Shown here piece after piece: positions 17,737 to 24,960 of a DNA stretch of 39,477 bases; within the stretch, counting starts at the first letter, position 1, and each line of letters opens with the position of its first letter. Made by a program: the position numbers and the translations under genes. Location: the NCBI GenBank assembly GCA_040752415.1, contig JBFMGU010000080.1, forward strand, positions 1 through 39,477, given 5' to 3'. This stretch comes from Myxococcota bacterium. Lineage in GTDB: Bacteria; Myxococcota; JACRCW01. A model generated the notes under the pieces. It was not told where the DNA came from. It ran no database searches and saw only the letters and a list, made by a program, of their open reading frames with translations.

Positions 17737-18756
17737 GTGTCCCTCATCAATCCGCTCGCCCGGGAAATCTCGGCGAAGATCGTCTATTACGGGCCGGGTC
17801 TCTCCGGGAAGACCACGTCGCTCAAGCACCTGCACTCGGTGATCAAACCGGAGCGGCGCGGGGACCTCATCACGCTGGCCACCGAGGGCGACCGCACGCT
17901 GTTCTTCGACTTCCTCCCCGTCCAGGTGGACCGGGTGCAGGACATGCCGGTGCGGCTGCAGCTGTACACGGTGCCGGGACAGATCTTCTACGCCGCCACG
18001 CGCAAGCTGGTGCTCAACGGCGCCGACGGCGTGGTGTTCGTGGCCGACAGCCAGGAAGCGGCCATGGACTCCAACCGCCAGAGCCTGCAGGACCTCAAGG
18101 AGAACCTGCTGGAGATGGGCGTGGAGCTCAGCAAGTTCCCGCACGTGTTCCAGTACAACAAGCGGGACATCCCCGGCGTGCTGCCCGTGGCGGAGCTGGA
18201 GGCGGAGCTGAACGTCTACCGCGCGCCCGCGTTCGAGACGTCGGCGGCGCGGGGCAAGGGCGTGCTGGTGGCGCTGAAGGAGATCTGCCGGCTGGTGGTG
18301 CGGGAGCTGAAGAACAAGCAGCCCGCGCCCAAGCCGACTCCCACGCTGGAGGAGTCGTCCAACACCACGCTCCCCGACGAGGGCCTGGCCGCGCGGCTGT
18401 CCGCGGTGGCCGAGCAGCACGAGGACACCGGCGGCGCGGGCATCTCCTTTGCCGCGCTGTGGCCCGACGCCGGCGAGAGTGGTCCCTCGGTGGTGGAGGC
18501 GGCCCTGGCCGGTGGCGCCTACGGCATGGCGGTGCGCAGCGCGGCCAGTGCATTGGCCAACATGCTGGACACGCTCCCCGGCGCCACCAGCGTGGATGGG
18601 CACATGGGTCGGGCCATGCTGGTGGGGTTGGATGGGCGGGAGTACCTGCGCCTGTGCCGCCTGGCCAGCGCCCCTGACGCGGCCCTGACGGAATCCGACG
18701 CGCTCTTTGCGCTGTACATGCTGGTGGCGGCGCGCATCAAACTGAACGCGGTGTGA
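17737..18756 (+). CDS. MglA-family small Ras-like GTPase with ~140-aa C-terminal extension
   Basis: KIVYYGPGLSGKTT (P-loop), TEGDRTLFFDF (switch I), LYTVPGQ, GADGVVFVADSQ and QYNKRD. Start GTG 17737 gives the MglA-type SLINPLAREI N-terminus. Confidence 0.92.
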   Translation: MSLINPLAREISAKIVYYGPGLSGKTTSLKHLHSVIKPERRGDLITLATEGDRTLFFDFLPVQVDRVQDMPVRLQLYTVPGQIFYAATRKLVLNGADGVVFVADSQEAAMDSNRQSLQDLKENLLEMGVELSKFPHVFQYNKRDIPGVLPVAELEAELNVYRAPAFETSAARGKGVLVALKEICRLVVRELKNKQPAPKPTPTLEESSNTTLPDEGLAARLSAVAEQHEDTGGAGISFAALWPDAGESGPSVVEAALAGGAYGMAVRSAASALANMLDTLPGATSVDGHMGRAMLVGLDGREYLRLCRLASAPDAALTESDALFALYMLVAARIKLNAV

Positions 18757-18760
18757 CGTC

Positions 18761-19132
18761 ATGAAAGCGCCCAATGACTTTGCCGCCGCCGTCTACGCGC
18801 TGGTGAAGCGCATCCCGCGTGGGCAGGTGGCCACCTACTCGCAGGTGGGGACCTACCTGGGCAGCCCGGGACTGGCGCGCGCGGTGGGCAACGCGTTGCG
18901 TGACCTGCCGCGCTCCCTCGTCGACGAGGTGCCCTGGCAACGCGTGCTGAAATCCGACGGGTCCCTGGCCGTGCGTGGCGACGTCAAACGCATGCCCCGC
19001 CAGGCGCGCCTGCTCAAGGCGGAAGGCGTCATGCTGGACGCGCGGGGTCGCGTGCCGCTGGAGATCTACGGCTGGCGCGGACCGCGCACGCCCGTGGCGT
19101 CCTTCACCCCGCCGCGACGCGCCCCGCGCTGA
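18761..19132 (+). CDS. Alkyltransferase-like (ATL/YbaZ-type, MGMT family) DNA-binding protein
   Basis: IPRGQVATYSQV, ARAVGNAL and VPWQRV. Trp replaces the catalytic Cys of PCHRV, the ATL hallmark. Confidence 0.88.
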   Translation: MKAPNDFAAAVYALVKRIPRGQVATYSQVGTYLGSPGLARAVGNALRDLPRSLVDEVPWQRVLKSDGSLAVRGDVKRMPRQARLLKAEGVMLDARGRVPLEIYGWRGPRTPVASFTPPRRAPR

Positions 19133-19138
19133 TCCCGC

Positions 19139-19597
19139 TCACCACAGGTCGGTGTTCCGTCGTCGACGCGCGCGCGAGATGCGCGGCAGCAGCGGACGGG
19201 CGCGCAGGTCCAGGGGCCACAGGTCATGCCACACCGCGCTGGGGATGGGCGGCACGGTCCGGCGGTGCAGCAACAGCGTGAGCTCGGAGCCGCGGGAGTG
19301 GAGCGGGGGTGGCTCGTCGAGGTGGAGCTCACGCAGCGTGGGAGCCAGGCGACCACGCAGGTGACGCGCCCAGGCCATGAACACGTGCGCCACGCCCAGC
19401 GCCGCCGCCGCCACCACGAAGTGTCGCAGCGTGGCCTCGCCCAGCGGCGTGTTGTCCAGCACGTCCCCCAGCAACAGCGCCACGACGAAGTCCATGCTCC
19501 CCGCCCGCCCCGCGGCACGCCGCGCCCCCAGCTGCACCACCGCCAGCAGGATGCCCCAGAGCAGGGCCGCACGCGCCATGACGTGGAGCATGTCCAT
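19139..19597 (-). CDS. Small membrane protein, N-terminus resembles DUF421/YetF
   Basis: Three hydrophobic segments with the GARRAAG-x-SMDFVVALLLGDV pattern. C-terminal part not recognised. Confidence 0.5.
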   Translation of the reverse strand: MDMLHVMARAALLWGILLAVVQLGARRAAGRAGSMDFVVALLLGDVLDNTPLGEATLRHFVVAAAALGVAHVFMAWARHLRGRLAPTLRELHLDEPPPLHSRGSELTLLLHRRTVPPIPSAVWHDLWPLDLRARPLLPRISRARRRRNTDLW

Positions 19598-19678
19598 TCC
19601 ACTAGCCCCGACGCAGTCCTTTCCGTGACGTAAGCAACCCGGCCCCCACCGGCAATCCCGACGGACGGGACGCGCTCC

Positions 19679-20809
19679 TCACACCCGCGCGCGCGGCAAC
19701 ACCGTCGACAGCGTCGCCAGCGCATACGCCACCTCGTCCGCGCTCGTGGTGATGCCCAGCGAGAAACGCACCGACGAGCGCGCGAGCGCCTTGGACACAC
19801 CCATGGCCGCGAGCACGTGGCTGGGCGTGGTGGCGCCGCTGACACACGCGCTCCCGCTCGACGCCGCCACGCCCTCCTGGTCCAGCAGCATGAGCAACGT
19901 CTCCGCGTCGACGCCCGGGAATCCCGCGAACACCGTGTTGCCCAGACGCGCGGCCGCCGCACCGTGGATCACCACGTCGGGACACAGGCGGCGCAGGCCG
20001 TCCTCCAGCGTGGCGCGCAAGGCGGTCACGTGGGGAAGACGCGCCAGGTCCATCGCCCGCGCCGCGGCTCCCATGCCCACCGCGCCCACCAGGTTCTCCG
20101 TCCCGGGCCGGCGTCCGCGCTCCTGCGCACCACCGGCGTGCGGCGCGGTCCAGCGCCCGCGCGTGGCGTCGGAGAGCCAGAGTGCGCCGGCCCCGGGCGG
20201 CCCGCCGATCTTGCACGCGCTCACCGCCACCGCGTCCGCGCCCAGCTCCCCCACGACGAGCGGCGCCTTCCCCCACCGCTGCGCCGCGTCCACCACCACC
20301 AGCGCGCCCACCCCGCGCGCGTGCGCACACAAGGGCGCCACGTCGGTGAGCACGCCGGTCTCGTTGTTGGCGGCCATCACCAGCGCCACCGCCACGTCGT
20401 CACGCACCGCCCCGCGCCACGCGTCGTCCCGCAGCCGGCCCGCGGCGTCGACGGGAACCACGCGCAGCTCACACGCGCCCCGTCGCGCCAGCGCCCCTGC
20501 CTCCTCGAGCACGGCGTGGTGCTCGGTGGCCCCCACCACCACCGCCCGACGGGAAGGCTGCGCCACCAACGCGCCGTGCAGCGCCAGGTGCAGCGCCTCG
20601 GTGGCCCCGCTGGTGAAGACCACGTCCTTGCTCCGCGCGCCCAAGCACGTCGCCACGGCGGCGCGGGCGTCCTCCAGCAGCGCGCGCGCCCGCTGCCCTT
20701 CCGCGTGGATGGACGAGGGATTGCCCATCACCTCCAGCGCGCCGGTCATGGCCTCGCGGGCGGCGGGATGGAGCGGAGCGCGTGCGTTGTGATCCAGGTA
20801 GACGCGCAC
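19679..20809 (-). CDS. Cysteine desulfurase (IscS/NifS-like, PLP-dependent class V)
   Basis: VYLDHNA, GNPSSIH, FTSGATE, ANNETG, DAAQ, PLP-Lys SACKIGGP, GTEN and catalytic SSGSAC. GTG start at 20809. Confidence 0.93.
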   Translation of the reverse strand: MRVYLDHNARAPLHPAAREAMTGALEVMGNPSSIHAEGQRARALLEDARAAVATCLGARSKDVVFTSGATEALHLALHGALVAQPSRRAVVVGATEHHAVLEEAGALARRGACELRVVPVDAAGRLRDDAWRGAVRDDVAVALVMAANNETGVLTDVAPLCAHARGVGALVVVDAAQRWGKAPLVVGELGADAVAVSACKIGGPPGAGALWLSDATRGRWTAPHAGGAQERGRRPGTENLVGAVGMGAAARAMDLARLPHVTALRATLEDGLRRLCPDVVIHGAAAARLGNTVFAGFPGVDAETLLMLLDQEGVAASSGSACVSGATTPSHVLAAMGVSKALARSSVRFSLGITTSADEVAYALATLSTVLPRARV

Positions 20810-20810
20810 T

Positions 20811-22247
20811 TCACGCTCCCTGCAGCACGTCCAGCGCCGCGCGCGTGCGCGCCTGGGGATCCTCCAGCACGTCCGCACCGACGATGTGCTTGCGCGCAAG
20901 CCGGTTGAAGTACGGCAGGTCCACCGGCTGGCTCGGCAACACGAACACGCCGAAGATGCTGGCCTTCTGCGCCAGGCGGTCCACCAGCGGCTCGGGGATG
21001 GCCAGGCGGCCGTGGGTGATGAGCGTGATGATCACGTCCCATCCCTCGTCGCGCACCAGGCGCCCCACCTCCAGGTCCAGCTCCTCGAACACGCGCGGCG
21101 CGTTGCGCCCCCGCTCGCTGCGGTAGCAGAGGATGTGCGGCAGGCGCAGGGAGCGCGGCGTGATCTCCATGCGCTCGTGCAGCCGGCTGTCGAAGAAGCG
21201 CATCCACACCGTCTCACCACGCAACGTCAGCTTCTTGCACAACGCCAGCGCCAACCCGCGCGCGAACACCGTGCGCAGCCCACGCATGGCCGCGCTGGCG
21301 TCGACGAGCAGGTAGTGCACGCGCTGCCGCTCCCGGCTGTCCTTCTCCCGGCCGAAGTAGAGCAGCTCGTTCTCGCTCCAGCGCTGCTCGAACAGCTCCT
21401 CGGGGTAGGCCAGCTCGCTCGGCAGGAGGCTGTCCAGGCTTCCCTTGTTCTCGATGGAGGCGTAGCCGCCCACCGCGTAGGTCTGGCTGCCCTTGCTGCG
21501 GCTGGTCTCCAGCACCTGCGGCACCAGGTCCAGGCAGAAGTCCACGATGTCATGGGCCTGCGGGCTCTCCAGCGCGCGGTACAGGTCCAGGACGGCGGTG
21601 GCGTCGGAGACGGCGTCGGTGCCGCCCATCATCTGCATCAGCTTGAGCGTGTCCACGTCCACCTGTTCCGCGGCCAGCGTGATCTGCGCGGAGCGCTCCG
21701 CCACGCGACGGATCACCTCCAGGTGCCAGGTTGCCGCCTCCGCGCTCACCGCATCCGCGGGCTCCAGCTGGGAGTAGAGGGCCGGGTTCAGCGGCAGCTC
21801 CGCGCGCACGCCGGGACCACCGCCGCGGTTGATGCCCAGCGGCTCCAGCACCTTGGCCAGCAGCGCGCCCATGACGTTGTCGCTGAGCCCGCCGGCGCCC
21901 ATGCGCGTGGCCAGCGTGCTCTTCACCAGCGCGCCCAGCATGCGGCCGTATTCCGCGTGCGCGGTGTCGTCGGCGGGGGTCCTGCGCAACACGCCTCGCG
22001 CCACCGCGCGCTGCAGGCTGCCGGTGCGCGGACGCAACGCCACCTGCCGGGTCTGCCCGTAGGCCAGCGCCAGGCCCACGTCGTGGACCAGGAAGAACGG
22101 GATGCCCAGCTGCAGGGGCGCGCCCAGGTTGAACCACTGCGCGGCGCGCACCACCGCCAGCGGATTCTCGGCGTGGGCCCAGGCAAACGTGAGCCCGCCC
22201 AGCAGGTCGGCGCGGGCGCGATCATCCAGCTCACGGGGTGGTGCCAC
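20811..22247 (-). CDS. VWA-domain protein (CoxE/ViaA-like C-terminal VWA)
   Basis: GSLDSLLPSELA...ELLYF segment precedes YLLVDASAAMRG, RFFDSRL and LITHG, a layout typical of MoxR-associated VWA proteins. Confidence 0.7.
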   Translation of the reverse strand: MAPPRELDDRARADLLGGLTFAWAHAENPLAVVRAAQWFNLGAPLQLGIPFFLVHDVGLALAYGQTRQVALRPRTGSLQRAVARGVLRRTPADDTAHAEYGRMLGALVKSTLATRMGAGGLSDNVMGALLAKVLEPLGINRGGGPGVRAELPLNPALYSQLEPADAVSAEAATWHLEVIRRVAERSAQITLAAEQVDVDTLKLMQMMGGTDAVSDATAVLDLYRALESPQAHDIVDFCLDLVPQVLETSRSKGSQTYAVGGYASIENKGSLDSLLPSELAYPEELFEQRWSENELLYFGREKDSRERQRVHYLLVDASAAMRGLRTVFARGLALALCKKLTLRGETVWMRFFDSRLHERMEITPRSLRLPHILCYRSERGRNAPRVFEELDLEVGRLVRDEGWDVIITLITHGRLAIPEPLVDRLAQKASIFGVFVLPSQPVDLPYFNRLARKHIVGADVLEDPQARTRAALDVLQGA

Positions 22248-22320
22248 GGCGGCCTCGACGGATCCACAAGGTGGGCAATTTCTTGGACGCGGACTTCAGC
22301 GGGGATATGAACCCCGGTCA

Positions 22321-23145
22321 ATGGCACGCAAGCGTCCGCTGTTGCGGTTCTGGGGCGTGAGGGGTTCCATCCCGACCCCCGGATTAGCCACGTCGCGCTA
22401 CGGCGGCAACACGGCCTGCGTGGAGCTCCGGGTTGGCGACGAGCGCATTGTCTTTGACGCCGGCACCGGGCTGCGCGAGCTGGGCAACTCCCTCAACGGG
22501 ATGCGCAACGTCCGACTCAACCTCCTGCTCGGGCACTACCACTGGGACCACCTGCTGGGCTTGCCGTTCTTCACGCCGCTGTTCAAGCCGGACACGGTGC
22601 TGGACATCTACGGCGAGCACAAAGGCAGCGGCGGACCGGAGGAGGCCATCCGCAGCCAGTTCCGCGCGCCGCATTTCCCGGTGGACTTCCGCGTGCTGCC
22701 CTCGCGCCTGCGCTTCCACCACGTGCAGCGCGGCGACAGCTTCAAGCTCGGTCCGGTCACCATCCACGTCGGGCGGCTGAACCATCCGCAGGGGGCCGTC
22801 GGCTACCGCGCGGAGGTCGGTCGCAAGAGCGTGGTGTACGCCTCCGACCACGAGCACGCCGGCGACGGCGACCCCGGCCTCATCGAGTTCGCGCACAAGG
22901 CGGACGTGCTGATCTACGACGCCATGTTCACCAACGCGTCCTACGCCGCGGGCAAGCAGGGCTGGGGTCACAGCACCTGGGAGGAAGCGGTGCGCGTGGC
23001 CAAGGCCGCCAAGGTCAAGCAGCTCTTCATCTTCCACCACGACCCCGTCCACGACGACAAACGCATGGCGGCGATCGAGCGCGCGCTCAAGAAGGCGTTC
23101 CCCGGCGGCGCGGCGGCGCGTGAGGGGCTGGAAGTGGAGCTCTGA
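22321..23145 (+). CDS. MBL-fold metallo-hydrolase (RNase Z/PhnP-like)
   Basis: FWGVRGSIPTPG, YGGNTAC, FDAGTG, HYHWDH (HxHxDH), WGHS and FHHDP. Confidence 0.93.
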   Translation: MARKRPLLRFWGVRGSIPTPGLATSRYGGNTACVELRVGDERIVFDAGTGLRELGNSLNGMRNVRLNLLLGHYHWDHLLGLPFFTPLFKPDTVLDIYGEHKGSGGPEEAIRSQFRAPHFPVDFRVLPSRLRFHHVQRGDSFKLGPVTIHVGRLNHPQGAVGYRAEVGRKSVVYASDHEHAGDGDPGLIEFAHKADVLIYDAMFTNASYAAGKQGWGHSTWEEAVRVAKAAKVKQLFIFHHDPVHDDKRMAAIERALKKAFPGGAAAREGLEVEL

Positions 23146-23258
23146 GGCCCACGGAATTTCCCGGGTCGGTCGTCTCGCGCCATCGTTAGCAAATGAACGT
23201 CGCCCGCCACGCGCGCGCGCCCACACCGCGTTCACGACGGGAAATCCTCGTCCGGGCG

Positions 23259-23274
23259 TGGCATGGGCGTTGCT
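23259..23274 (+). promoter_or_regulatory. Sigma54 (-24/-12) promoter
   Basis: TGGCATGGGCGTTGCT fits TGGCA-N6-TTGCT with exact GG-N10-GC spacing. It lies 25 bp before the ATG at 23300, with a GGAGGAG SD in between. Confidence 0.7.
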
Positions 23275-23299
23275 GAGCGGAGCGCCCGGAGGAGGAGCC

Positions 23300-24697
23300 A
23301 TGCGGGTCGCGCACGGAGTGATGCTGTGGGTGCTGTTGGCGGGATGTGGCGGAGTGGGCTCGTCGTCGAGCGGAAGCTCGTCGAGCGGAAGCTCGTCGAG
23401 CGGAGGCAGCAGCTCGGGTGGGGCCACGCCGTGCGAGCTCGGGACGTTGCCCACGTCGGTCAGCGTGAGCGAGGGAGGCCGCCTCAAGCTGCCCCTGTCG
23501 CCCCATCCGCAAAACGCCGTGGTGACCGCTTCCGCGCCCCCGGGATGGTCCGCGCGCGTCGACACCGGGCCGCGCCAGCTGGTGGTCCGACTCCCCTATG
23601 GCATCACCGGCGCGCACCCGCTGCAGCTCACCGCGCAGTGCGGCAGCGCCAGCACCACCGCCACCGTCGAGGTCACGGTGCGCGCGCTGTCCTGGCAGCA
23701 GGTGGGTCCGTGGACGCCGGACACCGAGGGTCCCCCGGCGCGCGAGCACACCGTGCTGTGGATTGACGAGGACAACCCCGACCGCCTCTTCCTCTACGGC
23801 GGCTACCTCTTCGAGCCGCGGCAGTACACGGTGGGCAATGACCTGTGGTCGCTCAACCTGGCGAGCGGGGCCTGGCAACGCGTGACGACGTCCAACCCGA
23901 GCCCCGACGTGGCGGGATGGCGCGTGGCACCGGTGCCGGGCAGCGCCGCGGTGCTCCTCCACGGCGGCGACACGTCGGACGGCTCGCTCAACAACACCAC
24001 CATGCGCCTGCGCTACGAGGGCGACACGCCCACCTGGAGCGAGGAGACCACCACCAGCAACGGCTTCGGCTCCTCGCTCTCCGCGTTCTTCCACGACGCG
24101 CCGCGCGACCAGTGGCTGCAGGTGTGCGGGATCCGGGGGCAGTCGGTGCATTGTCGTGTGCACGCGTACGACGGGCTGGGCACGCCGGAGAGCTGGTACG
24201 AGGTGGAAGTGGCCGACGACGACGACGGGACCCGCCCCGTGGGTCGCTACGGCTTCTTCTGGGCCCACGACGAGGAGACGCAGCGCTTCATCATGTTCGG
24301 CGGCGGGCGCTACCCGGTGAGCCAGGCCGACCCGGTGAACGCCGCCGAGGATGCGTGGGCGCTGGAGCTGGCCGAGAACCCGCCGCGCTGGCGCAGGCTG
24401 TTCGAGACGCAGAGCGTGGTGCGCGGCAGCCGCAATGGGTGCTGGGCGCTGGACACGGAGGGACACCGGCTGTTCATCTGGGGCGGCACTCCCGACGCCG
24501 CCACGACGATCCCGGGCCTCTACGTGCTGGACCTGGAGCGCGGCAACGAGGTGCTGGAGCGCATTGATGTGCCCGGCGGCCCCGAGGAACGCAGCAGCTG
24601 CAACGGCATCTACGACCCCGCGCGCCAGCGTGTGCTCATGGGCTTTGGCAACAACAGCCAGGCCATCTACGCGGACCTGTGGGCGCTGCAGTTGTGA
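23300..24697 (+). CDS. Kelch-repeat beta-propeller lipoprotein with Ser/Gly linker and Ig/cadherin-like domain
   Basis: Lipobox LAGC and an SSSGS linker. Repeated LFLYGG...DLWSL, LLHGG, IMFGG...DAWAL, LFIWGG and MGFG...DLWAL blades. Confidence 0.85.
   Translation: MRVAHGVMLWVLLAGCGGVGSSSSGSSSSGSSSSGGSSSGGATPCELGTLPTSVSVSEGGRLKLPLSPHPQNAVVTASAPPGWSARVDTGPRQLVVRLPYGITGAHPLQLTAQCGSASTTATVEVTVRALSWQQVGPWTPDTEGPPAREHTVLWIDEDNPDRLFLYGGYLFEPRQYTVGNDLWSLNLASGAWQRVTTSNPSPDVAGWRVAPVPGSAAVLLHGGDTSDGSLNNTTMRLRYEGDTPTWSEETTTSNGFGSSLSAFFHDAPRDQWLQVCGIRGQSVHCRVHAYDGLGTPESWYEVEVADDDDGTRPVGRYGFFWAHDEETQRFIMFGGGRYPVSQADPVNAAEDAWALELAENPPRWRRLFETQSVVRGSRNGCWALDTEGHRLFIWGGTPDAATTIPGLYVLDLERGNEVLERIDVPGGPEERSSCNGIYDPARQRVLMGFGNNSQAIYADLWALQL
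23363..23407 (+). repeat. In-frame 15-bp tandem repeat x3 (TCGTCGAGCGGAAGC)
   Basis: Two perfect copies plus one with a single mismatch. Encodes the SSSGS linker of the Kelch lipoprotein. Confidence 0.85.
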
Positions 24698-24701
24698 TGG
24701 G

Positions 24702-24960
24702 GGGGCTTCGGGGAGCCGCAAAGGGCCGCAAAGAGGAAGTCAGGAGTCAGAATACAGAAGTCAGGAGGTGTCGCCCCGGCGACGTCGTGAGGCTTCTGAC
24801 TCCTGAGGGGCTGCGTCAAGATGAATTGCCCATCTGGTCCTGACCGCCTCCAGCGGACCACGACGTCTGCAACCCCACTGGGCATCTTGTTCTGACGCAG
24901 CCCCTGACTTCTGACTTCTGACTTCTGACTTCCTTTAGTTTAGGAATCCCCGGCAGCCCC
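24702..24960. repeat. Nested inverted-repeat element built from CTGACTT/AAGTCAG heptamers
   Basis: (CTGACTT)x4 at 24904-24931 mirrors degenerate AAGTCAG heptamers at ~24735-24765. Inner IR GGGGCTGCGTCA..TGCCCA (24807-24832) / TGGGCA..TGACGCAGCCCC (24879-24904). Outer GGGGCTTCGGGGA / TCCCCGGCAGCCCC. Confidence 0.85.

Noticed and set aside
24904..24931. Tandem CTGACTT repeats and nearby IRs as a CRISPR array
   Set aside because: The units are 7 bp with no unique spacers, and there are no cas genes in the window.
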